From Candidatus Dadabacteria bacterium (GTDB taxonomy: Bacteria; Desulfobacterota_D; UBA1144; Nemesobacterales; CSP1-2), in NCBI GenBank assembly GCA_963805855.1, contig CAWDVW010000005.1, forward strand, positions 160,001 through 224,000: a stretch of 64,000 nucleotides of DNA. The letters run 5' to 3'. Both the position numbers and the translations under genes were made by a program. Within the stretch, counting starts at the first letter, position 1. Each line of letters starts with the position of its first letter. Positions 28,593 to 39,328 of the stretch are shown piece by piece. The notes beneath the pieces were generated by a model. That model had not been told where the DNA came from. It did no database searches and saw nothing but the letters and a program-made list of their open reading frames with translations.

Positions 28593-31382
28593 TCACAGGA
28601 AATACTCATCATAGATCCTTCTTATTTCTTCGGTCTTGAGAATATAGGTCTTCCTCAATTCATCTCCGTCATCTGTCAATTCCATCTCGGCTGCCAGTTT
28701 TTGGAAATCGGATTCATAAACTTCACTAATCGATCTGTCATGAAGAAGCCTGAGTACGTTTTCTAATCTTTTTAGGAAGTAATATCCATCATTCAACACA
28801 TGATAAAACCTTTCGTTGGTTAAATCACACGATTTCAAGCCCTTCAGCGCTTCCATTGTATTCTGCCGCCTTACCTCGATGTGCGAACCACCGAACCTTA
28901 GCTGAAGCATCTGTATAATAAACTCAATATCTACAAGACCACCCCTACCGGTTTTCAGGTTCAACTTGGTCTTACTTTCCCTTGCTATCTCTTTCTCCAT
29001 TCTCTCGCGCAAGTGATGAATCTCTTTGTGAAAATCGTCCGCAAGGGTATTTTCATAAACAAAATAATTTATTATGTTCATCACTTTGCTGCCCAATTGC
29101 ATATTGCCTGCAGATGGCCTTGCTTTGATCAAGGCCTGCCTCTCCCAAAGTTTTGCACTCTCTTCATGATATCTTTTGAACGATTCGAAAGAAGAAACGA
29201 GCGCTCCCGCCCTGCCCGACGGCCTCAATCCCAAATCGATCTTATAGACAAAACCTTCGACTGTCGGAATCGAGAGGATAGATATTATTTTCTGTCCCAG
29301 CCTCGAGAAATATTCTTGATCATCTCCATCATAAATAAAAGTAATATCAAGATCGGAGTTATAGCTCATCTCTATACCGCCGAGCTTTCCCATCCCTATT
29401 ATTACGATATCAGAGGAATTCGCATCCATACCATGCTTTCCGGAATTGGATCCCACCAATTCATATGCGAGTCGGATTGCAATTTCCAGTGAAGCCTCGG
29501 CAATCCTTGTCAGACACCTGCCAACATATAACGAATCAACTTCGTCATTTAAATCCCTGAGGCAAAGTTTTAATGTCTCTGTGTTTTTAAACCTTCTGAT
29601 CGCGTTGAGCTTCCCTTCATAGGAATCCTCCTGATGTATAAGGTTTCTAAGTTCCTCCACCATCTCTTCTTTTGTCTCATATTCCCTTCTCGAATCTTTT
29701 AGAGTTACCACATCCAGATACTCGGGGTGCCTTATTAAGAAATTCGATAGGAAACCACTTGTGGAAAAGAGCCTTGAGAGAAGGTGGAGTATCTCAGGGT
29801 TTTCAGCAAGAATCGCGTAAATGGACGTACGCCAGCCAATGCATGATATGAACCTTTCAATGTTACGTAGCGCTGAATCGGGATCCGATGAGTGCAAAAT
29901 GTTCTTCAAAAAAGCAGGAATTACCCTTCTTGCAAGCATCCTTCCTCGTTGCGTGAGACCACCCTTTTTCGGGTCGAGAAGTACATTGATAATCTGAATT
30001 GAACCCTCTGGGTCACTGAACCCAAGTCCCCTTAGACTCTCTAAGGCTTGCTCCTCAGTTACGTTACCCTCGGTCAAGAAATCAGCGAGTTCCCAGAATC
30101 CCCTTCCCTCTTCTTCTACCTTCTTTGAGGGCTCATAAAAAAGCTGATCAAATATTTCCGATACCTTTGAGGTTCTGTAAGCATATGCCATCTCAAGATC
30201 GTCTACATTCTCGAAGCCAAGGCTTCTCGAAATCATTTGGAGACTACTCGATTCCGCGGGCACTCTATGGGTTTGAAGCTCATCTACCAACTGTATCGCA
30301 TGCTCAACCCTTCTTAAAAAAAGGTAAGAGGAAATTAAATCTTCACTATCTTCCCTCTGTATAAGTTTCTTTTTAGACAGCATTTTAAGCGCTTTTATAG
30401 TATTTTTTTCCCTAATCTCATGTACCGCTCCGCCGTTTACCAGTTGAAGGGCTTGGACAAAAAACTCCACATTCCTTATGCCCCCTTTGCCCAATTTCAC
30501 ATCCCTTTTCAAGCTAAGCCCTTCGAGTTTGGTCTTCATATCTTTTAAGTCCTCAATAGATGCATAATCCAGAAACTTCTTATACACAAAGGGTTCCACC
30601 TGTTTAACAAACTTGTCCCCAAGGGAAATATCACCGGCTACCGGTCTGGCCTTTATAAGGGCAGCCCTCTCCCATGTATCCCCCCAGTAAAAATAGTGTT
30701 CTAATGCCCCATCCAGTGAAACAGCGATCGTGCTTTTACCACCACCAGGGCGAAGACCCAGATCAACCCTATAGACAAAACCGTCTTCTGTAACAGAGCT
30801 GACGGCTTTAGTTAACCTTTCGGCTAGCTTAAAGAATGGATCGGGGTCTCCGGAATCCTGATAGAGATATATTAGATCGATGTCCGAGCTTAGGTTAAGC
30901 TCCCTACCTCCGAGTTTTCCCATCGCGATGATTACGAATTCACCATCTTCAGTGCTTTGGAGATCGTTGTTGTAAAACCTAAAGACCGACTCCAGTATGG
31001 CACTCGCAAGATCTGAAAGCTCTTCCATTATTTCGGGGAACTCGCCTAAAGCTTTAATATCCCTGTAAATGATCCTGCACAGCTCACTGTATTTGTATTT
31101 CCTTATTTCTGAGATAAATTGATCCCGTCGTTCTAGGCCTCCCTGCATACCGACGGTTTCCTCAATAAACGCGTCAAGTGGTTTTTTATTTCCCACAAAA
31201 TCTGAATCAACTAAGGATCCTAAAATGCCGGGATATCGGATTACAGCCCTTCCAAGAAAATGGCTATAAGAGGATAACAAAAAAAGCAAGTCCTCTTCAC
31301 TTGAGGTCATCTTGCCATTAACTTCTTTAAATCTCTGAACAGTGATTTCGGCGTAAGATTTGTCTGGAACGGGTTTAATCAA
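28593..31382 (-). CDS. glnE: Bifunctional glutamine synthetase adenylyltransferase/deadenyltransferase
   Basis: Two NT domains (MGKLGG.EL..SSDIDL; MGKLGG.EMSYNSDLD), RVDLGLRPGG, WERAALIKAR, VKLGKGGIR.VEF. Start taken at a TTG overlapping the upstream stop (uncertain). Confidence 0.93.
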   Translation of the reverse strand: MIKPVPDKSYAEITVQRFKEVNGKMTSSEEDLLFLLSSYSHFLGRAVIRYPGILGSLVDSDFVGNKKPLDAFIEETVGMQGGLERRDQFISEIRKYKYSELCRIIYRDIKALGEFPEIMEELSDLASAILESVFRFYNNDLQSTEDGEFVIIAMGKLGGRELNLSSDIDLIYLYQDSGDPDPFFKLAERLTKAVSSVTEDGFVYRVDLGLRPGGGKSTIAVSLDGALEHYFYWGDTWERAALIKARPVAGDISLGDKFVKQVEPFVYKKFLDYASIEDLKDMKTKLEGLSLKRDVKLGKGGIRNVEFFVQALQLVNGGAVHEIREKNTIKALKMLSKKKLIQREDSEDLISSYLFLRRVEHAIQLVDELQTHRVPAESSSLQMISRSLGFENVDDLEMAYAYRTSKVSEIFDQLFYEPSKKVEEEGRGFWELADFLTEGNVTEEQALESLRGLGFSDPEGSIQIINVLLDPKKGGLTQRGRMLARRVIPAFLKNILHSSDPDSALRNIERFISCIGWRTSIYAILAENPEILHLLSRLFSTSGFLSNFLIRHPEYLDVVTLKDSRREYETKEEMVEELRNLIHQEDSYEGKLNAIRRFKNTETLKLCLRDLNDEVDSLYVGRCLTRIAEASLEIAIRLAYELVGSNSGKHGMDANSSDIVIIGMGKLGGIEMSYNSDLDITFIYDGDDQEYFSRLGQKIISILSIPTVEGFVYKIDLGLRPSGRAGALVSSFESFKRYHEESAKLWERQALIKARPSAGNMQLGSKVMNIINYFVYENTLADDFHKEIHHLRERMEKEIARESKTKLNLKTGRGGLVDIEFIIQMLQLRFGGSHIEVRRQNTMEALKGLKSCDLTNERFYHVLNDGYYFLKRLENVLRLLHDRSISEVYESDFQKLAAEMELTDDGDELRKTYILKTEEIRRIYDEYFL

Positions 31383-31662
31383 TCTTGATCTTCCTCGACT
31401 TCTTTCTTGACCTATCGGTCGACTCCGACTTGTATTCTCTGACCTGTTTAACAATCTCGGGAAGGCTCGTCATAAAACCAATCCCCAATCCTATAAACCT
31501 GCCTGTTAAATTGAAGAAGAGCTCTTTACCATCTGACTCCCTCAGCAGATTCCTCAGACCCTTAACAGCATATTCAACGCCTAAAATGCCTTCGGTAGTT
31601 GCCCTTACCAGATGCTCCCCGGCCTTTTTTAATTCATCTTGTTTTTTCTTTTTCTTTGCCAT
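31375..31662 (-). CDS. Hypothetical protein
   Basis: ATG-started 95-aa ORF coupled to glnE; ends in KIKID. Confidence 0.65.
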   Translation of the reverse strand: MAKKKKKQDELKKAGEHLVRATTEGILGVEYAVKGLRNLLRESDGKELFFNLTGRFIGLGIGFMTSLPEIVKQVREYKSESTDRSRKKSRKIKID

Positions 31663-32162
31663 GTCTCAACGAATTTTATAAAAGCTCTTGAAGTATAAAT
31701 AAATTAGATCCCCGCTCATAAATATTAATATAATATACTTGATTTATTGATACTGGAAATAGACATAGACATACTTGCCCTTCCACCATGGATTGCGGTC
31801 TTTTACGCTGTAATGTTTATTCTCAATAATTTATTTTGTAGAATGTAAAGTTGTCGGATAAATAATAAACCTACATTGGTTGGATCTAAATATGTGCTTA
31901 GGATTAGATTCACGACTCAAGAACCTGCTTAGAAAACCAAGATAATGTTTCTCAACAATTGGAATTCGTTTCTTTTATGTGTTTTGTTTGTATCTTGCGT
32001 CAAATAGCTAAATGAGAAGAACAATAAATAACCCTGCAGTAAGCTGAAGGATATCAGCACGCGAAAAATAGCCTCTTCAGTAATTACCTTTCTTGCCACG
32101 AGCAGGCCTGCCCTGAGTTAGATCGAAGGGACTCGTTGCCTACCCATGAGTAAGGTCACGTT

Positions 32163-32510
32163 CTAGCCGAGTTTCCCGAGGGCTGACTCCTGATCAGTAT
32201 AGATATCGACTATAGTGTCAAAACCGCTTACCCTGAAAATGTCTTTTACACTACCTACCAGACTGCATATGGCCAGCCTTCCGTCTTTTTCCTTCTGATG
32301 CTTTGCTGAAGTAAGAACCACCCGTAGACCGGCACTGCTTATGTAATCTATCATTGAAAAGTCGAGTAAAATTGATTTTTCTCCGCTATCAATACACTGT
32401 AGAACCTTTTCCTGAAAATCTTTCGCCGATCGTGAGTCGAGATGGCCTTGAGCCAGAATAACCAGCGTATTACCAACCCTATGCTCTTTTATATTCATTT
32501 CTTCTCCCAT
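32163..32510 (-). CDS. STAS domain anti-sigma factor antagonist
   Basis: G.LDS.SA, LLDFS.IDYISSAGLRVVL, V..IF.VSGF. Confidence 0.92.
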   Translation of the reverse strand: MGEEMNIKEHRVGNTLVILAQGHLDSRSAKDFQEKVLQCIDSGEKSILLDFSMIDYISSAGLRVVLTSAKHQKEKDGRLAICSLVGSVKDIFRVSGFDTIVDIYTDQESALGKLG

Positions 32511-32559
32511 ACGAAATCATTAAATCATGGAACTAGCAAAATTCCGAGAGTTTTCAGGT

Positions 32560-33213
32560 TTACCAATGATGCAATAACATGACATTCGCTAAGTCTGAAC
32601 GTAATCGCTCGAGCACCTGTGATACCGCCTGTCCTATGAGATCCAGTCTTCTAATCTGTTCGATACGGGGGGCAAGTCTTTCTGCCTCATGCGAGCTGAG
32701 AATTTTCGGAAAGAGCTTACATGCGTCAACAAGACTGACAAGCACGACATCTCTTGGTGCAGGAATTTCATCGCTCAAAAGCAAATCCAGAATCCTCCTC
32801 TTAACCTCCTTTTCTTCGGTATCATCAACTACAGGATACCTCCGCGTCTCAAACACCCAAAGTATTTTCTTCTCTTTAACTTTCAGTATGCCCTTTTCCA
32901 CCAACATGGTAAGAGCCTTATCCTTGATATCATCGCCATTTTTCGCGATTTCTGTAACCCAGTAACGAGTGCTGTAATCCTGGTTCGCCGCAGATATATT
33001 ACTAAGGTAACGATCGAGGATCTCTTCACCTGTTGGCGTACTGTCCACGACAAATAGTTTTTTAAGATCGGTGTCGATTTTGGATCTCAGAGCAAGATCC
33101 ATCAGAACAGCACCGGCCAGAGCATACCGTAATTCCGTCGAATCAGCATACGCAAATCTGCCAGATTCATCATCAAGTGTGAGTAGCAGTATTTCTTCGG
33201 CAAATGTCAGCAT
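32560..33213 (-). CDS. GPP34/GOLPH3 family protein
   Basis: MLTFAEEILLL.LDDESG, LAGAVLMDLAL, LVEKGIL...KKILWVF.TRRYP. Confidence 0.88.
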   Translation of the reverse strand: MLTFAEEILLLTLDDESGRFAYADSTELRYALAGAVLMDLALRSKIDTDLKKLFVVDSTPTGEEILDRYLSNISAANQDYSTRYWVTEIAKNGDDIKDKALTMLVEKGILKVKEKKILWVFETRRYPVVDDTEEKEVKRRILDLLLSDEIPAPRDVVLVSLVDACKLFPKILSSHEAERLAPRIEQIRRLDLIGQAVSQVLERLRSDLANVMLLHHW

Positions 33214-33349
33214 CCATTTCTCCCTGAAACGATAAATATCGTGTCTTAATCTACAACCTCTCGACTACTTAATTATAGGACCACTCACGATTAGCAATAA
33301 TTATCTGATAATTATATTATCGGTTGATAAATCAAGTCAATAAGCCCTG

Positions 33350-33373
33350 AATCTACAAATCTACAAATCTACA
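33350..33373 (+). repeat. Octamer tandem repeat (AATCTACA)x3
   Basis: Three exact copies followed by degenerate units. Confidence 0.8.
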
Positions 33374-33404
33374 AATATCAAAATTAGACAAATAAAAAAC
33401 TTTC

Positions 33405-34247
33405 TTAATCATAAAATATAGCTGAAGCATAACCCACAACGCTGTTATAGTCCTGAGTCGTCTCGCCTGACGTGCCGTAAGAAAGGACCCTGCTTTCAGT
33501 AGCTCCACGCGCTTTTGCAATCATCATAGTCGACATCATCGCACCATAACCACAAGCTTCACATATATTTGACTGTATGTCTTCGAATAGCCTTTTCTCG
33601 TCAAACCCTTCTATATCGCTAATCACGATACCATCCATCTCTTTCGCGATTTTTGCTGGATAATAATGAGAAAGATCACTGCTGCCAACAATTAAACTAC
33701 TTTGATTTTCTAATCCCGGATCCGATAAGACCGTACAGACCGAATTAGATAACTCTTCAGCCATGAGATAATCCTGCTTTCCCATTAATACAGGAATCAA
33801 TTTGAAATCCCGAAGACAAACCTGCAAAAAAGGTATCTGAACCTCCAAGCTGTGTTCCTGAAAATGCCCTTTAGAAGCATTCATTATCGCCGGAGACTGA
33901 GAAACTATTGAGTCAGCAATTTCAATATTTGTACTTACAATTCCAAGCGGAGTTTCATAATTACCAAAGTAAATTGAGCAACCATCAAAGTACTCAAAGT
34001 GGCTGGGAGCTATTACAATAACATTATCATATTGCTTTGATTGTATCTGCTTATAAGCATTCGCCGCAATTCGACCTGAATATATATAACCTGCGTGCGG
34101 AGAAATGATTCCAATAATGCGGCCGTCAAATTGCTCTGAACCAGCATAGGCCAACATCCCCAGCACGATATTTTTTAGTTCATCTTTTTCCCCCGGATAA
34201 AACGTTCCGGCAACTGCAGGCCGCCTGACTAAGTTCTTTCTATCCAT
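33405..34247 (-). CDS. amrB: AmmeMemoRadiSam system protein B (MEMO1 family)
   Basis: RRPAVAGTFYP, SPHAGYIYSG, APSH, EHSLEVQIPFLQ, SSDLSHY, ACG, VVGYAS. Confidence 0.93.
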   Translation of the reverse strand: MDRKNLVRRPAVAGTFYPGEKDELKNIVLGMLAYAGSEQFDGRIIGIISPHAGYIYSGRIAANAYKQIQSKQYDNVIVIAPSHFEYFDGCSIYFGNYETPLGIVSTNIEIADSIVSQSPAIMNASKGHFQEHSLEVQIPFLQVCLRDFKLIPVLMGKQDYLMAEELSNSVCTVLSDPGLENQSSLIVGSSDLSHYYPAKIAKEMDGIVISDIEGFDEKRLFEDIQSNICEACGYGAMMSTMMIAKARGATESRVLSYGTSGETTQDYNSVVGYASAIFYD

Positions 34248-34738
34248 AAAGTTGAAGATACTTAAAACATTTAATTCTTAGCTACTAACATAATTATAAC
34301 CCTCAAAGGCTAATACCCAAATTACAGGCTTCGTATTTGACAAACATCTGTCGCATCAACCTGATCCATATCCAACTATTTAAATTCTCAGAGAATGTAA
34401 ACTAAGTTTGTGAAATATAATCAGGGTTTACGCTATCGGTACTGATTTAATATCATGGTCTACGAATTTTGATTAGCAGATGAAACCCATCAAAAAAAAT
34501 ACTCTACTTCTAAAGATTCTCGAATTTTCACAGCCAAAACCCGGTCTTGAAATAAAAGAATAGAACATTCCCAGGTAGTTACAAATAAACTTTGGGAGTT
34601 ATCATCCACGATATTCAACGACTTTCACGATATTTCGCGAAAATAAGCCGCATAAGGAGGAATATGGAAAATAAATGAAAATTTAAATTTGCCATTAATT
34701 AAAGGCTGTTGACTACATGTGAGTCTTAAAAAAATCCA

Positions 34739-34755
34739 TTGGCATGGATCTTGCA
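34739..34755 (+). promoter_or_regulatory. Sigma-54 -24/-12 promoter
   Basis: TTGGCATGGATCTTGCA, 38 bp upstream of the ATG at 34793. Confidence 0.75.
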
Positions 34756-34792
34756 TCTAATATGATTGAAACCATATTAATGGAGAGAGAAA

Positions 34793-35230
34793 ATGAAAGG
34801 TTTAATCGCTATCACACTTCTAATTACATTTATGACCACATCTAGCTCAATTGCTCAAAGCGATGACAAGCTGGAACCAACGTTGTTGGCAAAAGCTGAC
34901 AGCAAAGAATTATCGATTTCAAAAATCGCTCATGCACATGAGAAAATCAAGAGTAACATTGAAAGTGAATCAATAAGAAATAGTTATTCGGGCAACGGAC
35001 ATCCATATAACCAAGATCCCCAGCATTCTGGCGCCTTGGATTCAAGTGACGGCTCTAAAGATATATCTTTATTGATTAAGAATGAATTGGATTTAGAAAA
35101 GGACCTTGATCTTGAGTATAAAGCACCAAGACTGAAAGCCGAACAATTGCCTCTTCTTATGTCCACCAAGGATAGAAAAACAAAGGGTGCGGTGTTTCCG
35201 CCATTTCTCTATCTTAAGAAACAATTCTAA
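34793..35230 (+). CDS. Exported hypothetical protein
   Basis: Signal peptide; C-terminal FLYLKKQF. Confidence 0.7.
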   Translation: MKGLIAITLLITFMTTSSSIAQSDDKLEPTLLAKADSKELSISKIAHAHEKIKSNIESESIRNSYSGNGHPYNQDPQHSGALDSSDGSKDISLLIKNELDLEKDLDLEYKAPRLKAEQLPLLMSTKDRKTKGAVFPPFLYLKKQF

Positions 35231-35395
35231 CTTTATGAGCCTTACACTCCCTAGCAGCACTTAAATTTCGTTTAATTATTGGGTTAAGTGCATCGTCACC
35301 AGGGTTTCTTTTTAGTCGTACGAGAGTTTGTCGTATTTTTTCAACTTACGCGAAGTAACCTACACACCACAGTTATATTAGAGAATTATCTGACG

Positions 35396-36175
35396 TTACT
35401 TGCTCAGGAAATTAACGAGAAGTATGATTCCCGAGGAGACTAAAACTATTCCTAAAGGAGTGCTGATACGACGCCCCCATGACACATTCTTTTCTATCGC
35501 CATTATAAGGGCCAGAACAAACATCCAACCAACGCTCCCAAAACCCACAATAAACATGAGGAGCATCAATGCCCAGCAGCAACCAACACAAAAAACACCG
35601 TGGTCAATGCCAAGTCGCAGGGCCAGCCATTTATACCTGCGACCCTGCCAGTGCTCAATCACAAAACTAAAGGGGGATCTGCACTTGTCGAGGCAGCGGT
35701 ATTTGAGTGACGTAAATTGGAAAAACCCCGCGAGAATCAGTAATGAAGGCACAGCGACCCAGGAATTGTTTTTTAGGACCGGGATAGAATTTACTAACAG
35801 ATGCAGCAACAGATATGTTACATATACAATTACCCCAAATGATGCCCAGGTCATTATATAACCTATAACCACAAGTCCTAAAAGTAGGAATCTATCCCCT
35901 CGTGCGCTCGCTATTGTATGGAAAGTAGATATGATTGGGAGTGTCGTAGGCAGCATCATCGCGACTATCATCACGGCCCAGCCACCTGTAAAAAGAAGTA
36001 ATATTGACCCGGAAACCCCCGCATGGTGGCCTAGATGGTGTGCATGTAATGCCCCATTCGCAAAATCATCAGCGAACCACAGTGCCACCCATGCCGCTAA
36101 AGCCAGAATAATAATCGAACCAAACAATATAGCTCGTTCCACCGCAGGAGGTGCAGAGCCTCTGTACATTGACAT
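35396..36175 (-). CDS. DUF2182 predicted metal-binding membrane protein
   Basis: W.VMIVAMMLP, QFTSLK..CL.KCRSP, G.FCVGCCWALMLL. Confidence 0.92.
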   Translation of the reverse strand: MSMYRGSAPPAVERAILFGSIIILALAAWVALWFADDFANGALHAHHLGHHAGVSGSILLLFTGGWAVMIVAMMLPTTLPIISTFHTIASARGDRFLLLGLVVIGYIMTWASFGVIVYVTYLLLHLLVNSIPVLKNNSWVAVPSLLILAGFFQFTSLKYRCLDKCRSPFSFVIEHWQGRRYKWLALRLGIDHGVFCVGCCWALMLLMFIVGFGSVGWMFVLALIMAIEKNVSWGRRISTPLGIVLVSSGIILLVNFLSK

Positions 36176-36277
36176 TTATCTCAACCTCATAAGCTACAAG
36201 GATTCTTAAATACGAGCAGTTCTTCCGTGTCTAATACATCAATAGTGTGAATGCCTTCTTTGACAACTTAGAACACG

Positions 36278-36886
36278 CTAACCGACGAAGCGGAATTCTC
36301 CCTGTATGGCATTATGGTTTTTGAGGTCTAAATCCATCAGGCCAAATTTCGAGCTATGTCGTTTGAAGCTCGATGCCTTGCTTAGCCAGGCTGCTGATCC
36401 AGGAATCGTGGTAAAAGCAGAATCAACTAACGTGGTAACCTTACCATCGGGGCCTCTGTAAGGCTCCATCTCAGCTTCTGCATATGGACCGAGTTTTAAT
36501 TTGCCCTTCCCCTCCACTACCTCAAATGTGATCGGCACCCGCTCGACGGCAACAACTTCACCGGTCAATTTAGCCAAATCAGCAAGCGGCCCGCCCAGTT
36601 TGCCACTAAATACATTCAGCAAAGCTTCTTCTTGCTCCTTCGTAGCCTTTTCATCGATAAAAAAGACGACGCGCCAATTGCCTTCAAGAATGTTTCCCGG
36701 AATATGGTTCATAGTACCAAAAACTACACCTGAGACGTCTACCCCGTCGATCGTACCCTTATCTACTCGGTAACCCCACGCTGCATCGCATGTACCTTCA
36801 CCATCCGGGTCCTCGGCAACCCAGCAAGGACAAAGGACATTGCAGGTACAAACTTCTAAAAGACTTCCTTGAAAATCATAAGCCAT
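36278..36886 (-). CDS. DUF1326 family protein
   Basis: LEVCTCNVLCPCW, G.C, G.IDGVDVSG, IDE.AT.EQ..AL..VFSG..GGP; usual partner of DUF2182. Confidence 0.92.
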   Translation of the reverse strand: MAYDFQGSLLEVCTCNVLCPCWVAEDPDGEGTCDAAWGYRVDKGTIDGVDVSGVVFGTMNHIPGNILEGNWRVVFFIDEKATKEQEEALLNVFSGKLGGPLADLAKLTGEVVAVERVPITFEVVEGKGKLKLGPYAEAEMEPYRGPDGKVTTLVDSAFTTIPGSAAWLSKASSFKRHSSKFGLMDLDLKNHNAIQGEFRFVG

Positions 36887-37033
36887 GTTATTCCCTCCAT
36901 TAACGGAATTTAGTTACCCCGCTGAATAGCTTCAATGATAAATTAAATCGAAAAAAATTCAAGCTTAACTAGATCAAAATTTTAGGTTAATGAAATTACA
37001 TTAATTAAAACAGCTCCCTGTAAACTGGTATTT

Positions 37034-38233
37034 TCATCTGCTCTCGCCACCGATCTTTACTGCATCCGGCGATTGCTTTAGTCTATACATTGACACCACA
37101 CCAAATAGCGGCCCGATGGCCAGTACCGAAAATGCCCAATGCCATGACAAGAAGTCTACTAATACCGGTAAGAGACGAATTGAGGCCATAGTTAATAGGA
37201 ATCCCATACATGTTTGCATGGTCAATGCTGTTCCCATATATTCTGGATCCCCCAATTCAGTGACACTGGCAGAAAACTGGGCGGAATCCGCCGGGACAGC
37301 AAACCCCCATATCAGACAAATAGTTATCAGTGCGATTGGATTGTAACCGAAAAGAAAACCGGACAATATACAACAGGTCCCACTAATAAGCATCGATATG
37401 ATCGTAATCGTCGTGCGACCATAACGATCCGCGAGAATTCCAGCAGCCACGCATCCAATACCGCCAATACCTATTACAGAAAATGATGCGAGAGCTGCCC
37501 AGGATTCTGAATCTTCCAGACCACTCCTCTTAAAACTCTCAAACAAAAACAGCGGAACCCATGCCCATACCGCATATAGCTCCCACATATGTCCGAAGTA
37601 ACCAAAATCGGCCAGTCGTACTCCGCGGTCGCTAAGAGACTTTCCAATGTAACGCCAATCGAATCTTGCACCCTCTGTATGATAAGGACCATCTTTTACA
37701 AATATTAAGCAGATTAGCCCGGCAGCAATTGACAAAGCAGAGGCTATAAGCATAAGCTGCCGCCAATCCGGATGACCTATAACTTTTAACAAATGAGGAA
37801 ATGCGGAACCTACAGTCAAAGCACCAACTAATATACCGATTGCCATCCCTCTACCGCTTTTAAACCAGGTCGCCATTATTTTCATAGCGGGAGGATATAC
37901 ACCTGCCAGACAAACACCCGTAAAAAAGCGAAGAATTATCGCGGCACCCGCACCTTCGACAAACAAGCCTATCGAACCATTAAAAATTGCACCAACAAAT
38001 GCGCCAACCGAGAACACATACCGGGCCTTAAATATGTCGGATAAGTTCAAAAGGGCACTCAAAAATGCCCCTACTACGAAACCGATCTGAACCGACATTG
38101 TAAGCCACGCCTCTCCCGATTTGCTAAGTTGCCACTGCTCAACCAAAGTGGGAGCAACAGCCGATGCGGAAAACCACAATGCCATTCCGAGCAACTCTGC
38201 AATCGAGAGCAATATTAAGATGCGCCATTTCAT
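37034..38233 (-). CDS. MFS transporter
   Basis: LWFSASAV, SVQIGFVVG, LAGVYPPAMK, GYFGHMWELYA, DSAQFSA. Confidence 0.92.
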   Translation of the reverse strand: MKWRILILLSIAELLGMALWFSASAVAPTLVEQWQLSKSGEAWLTMSVQIGFVVGAFLSALLNLSDIFKARYVFSVGAFVGAIFNGSIGLFVEGAGAAIILRFFTGVCLAGVYPPAMKIMATWFKSGRGMAIGILVGALTVGSAFPHLLKVIGHPDWRQLMLIASALSIAAGLICLIFVKDGPYHTEGARFDWRYIGKSLSDRGVRLADFGYFGHMWELYAVWAWVPLFLFESFKRSGLEDSESWAALASFSVIGIGGIGCVAAGILADRYGRTTITIISMLISGTCCILSGFLFGYNPIALITICLIWGFAVPADSAQFSASVTELGDPEYMGTALTMQTCMGFLLTMASIRLLPVLVDFLSWHWAFSVLAIGPLFGVVSMYRLKQSPDAVKIGGESR

Positions 38234-38479
38234 ATGATAAGCTCCCTATTTTCTTGAACACACAATCTATTTGACAGGATTAAGACTTTATATCAATTTA
38301 AAAAACTAAACAATTCTGATGTAATTTTAGTTATGATTCTTCAGAAGAGGTTCGGGGAAGAAATGCAGATCCTTGCGCATTTGCAATTTTCAATCAGCTA
38401 CGACGCCGTCTTGTGATCCGGTAATGTTAAGTTGAAATATTGTCTCAGCGTTTTCTACATCTGAGCTTGATTGCGATGA

Positions 38480-38596
38480 TTAAAAAGAATTCGTTGACAG
38501 ATGGTTGGATTTAAGGATGATGAGGGTTCTGCATCGAAACTGACAACTATCGGAACCGAGGTGTATATCTGAGATAAAAATCGTATCTACTTTCAA
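38480..38596 (-). pseudogene. N-terminal remnant of an LpxH/PlcP-like metallophosphoesterase
   Basis: LKVDTIFISDIHLGSDSCQ, then homology is lost. Confidence 0.6.
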
Positions 38597-38905
38597 CTGT
38601 TATATGTTGCGTTTGTTATCGTACTTAAAAAAACATACATTTATCCAAAAATCTCTGCTCAGATTGATACTGTGATAACTTGTTATACTATGATTATAGA
38701 CGGTTAGCTCTGAACTATCAAGTAATGAGTTAAGTGTTTAACAAAGCGTTAACAGTACCTTAATGCTATGCAAATAATTTAGGCAATTCTTGAAGGTAAA
38801 ATATTATCAATTACGTATAAGTTACTTTTATCCTGAAAAAATAGCTAAATGCTCGCTTAAGAATTTAGAAGATGTGCCCTTGGATTTGGTTCCGATAATT
38901 AGAGA

Positions 38906-39292
38906 CTAACGCAGGTCTTGCACAAGTTCGATCAGATGTCCGTCAGGGTCACGAACATACGCAGTGCGTTGTCCCCAAGGACGGGTAGTCGGATGCATTG
39001 CGGCTCTTGCGCCTTTTTGAACAATCTCTACAAACGCTGCATCCACATCTTGAACCTTGAATCCGACTTCAAATGCAGGTGTTTCATCACCGGGAGGCTT
39101 TAGTGAAAAGCCCAAAGTCTTTGCCATAGCCTCCCTTGTATAGAACGCAAGACGAGTAGCTCCGGTATTAAGTTGCGCGTAATCGCCTGAACGGTGTCCC
39201 AATTGAAGCCCTAAAACATCCGTATAAAAGTTTAAGGCTCTGTCCAGATCCTCAACAATCAAAACCACATAATCAGGAAAACTTAGTTCCAA
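38906..39292 (-). CDS. VOC/glyoxalase family protein
   Basis: DYVVLIVEDLDRALNFY..VLG, PWGQRTAYVRDPDGHLIEL. Confidence 0.92.
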   Translation of the reverse strand: MELSFPDYVVLIVEDLDRALNFYTDVLGLQLGHRSGDYAQLNTGATRLAFYTREAMAKTLGFSLKPPGDETPAFEVGFKVQDVDAAFVEIVQKGARAAMHPTTRPWGQRTAYVRDPDGHLIELVQDLR

Positions 39293-39328
39293 TAAATACC
39301 TCTAAATATTTATTCCAAAGAAGCAAAT

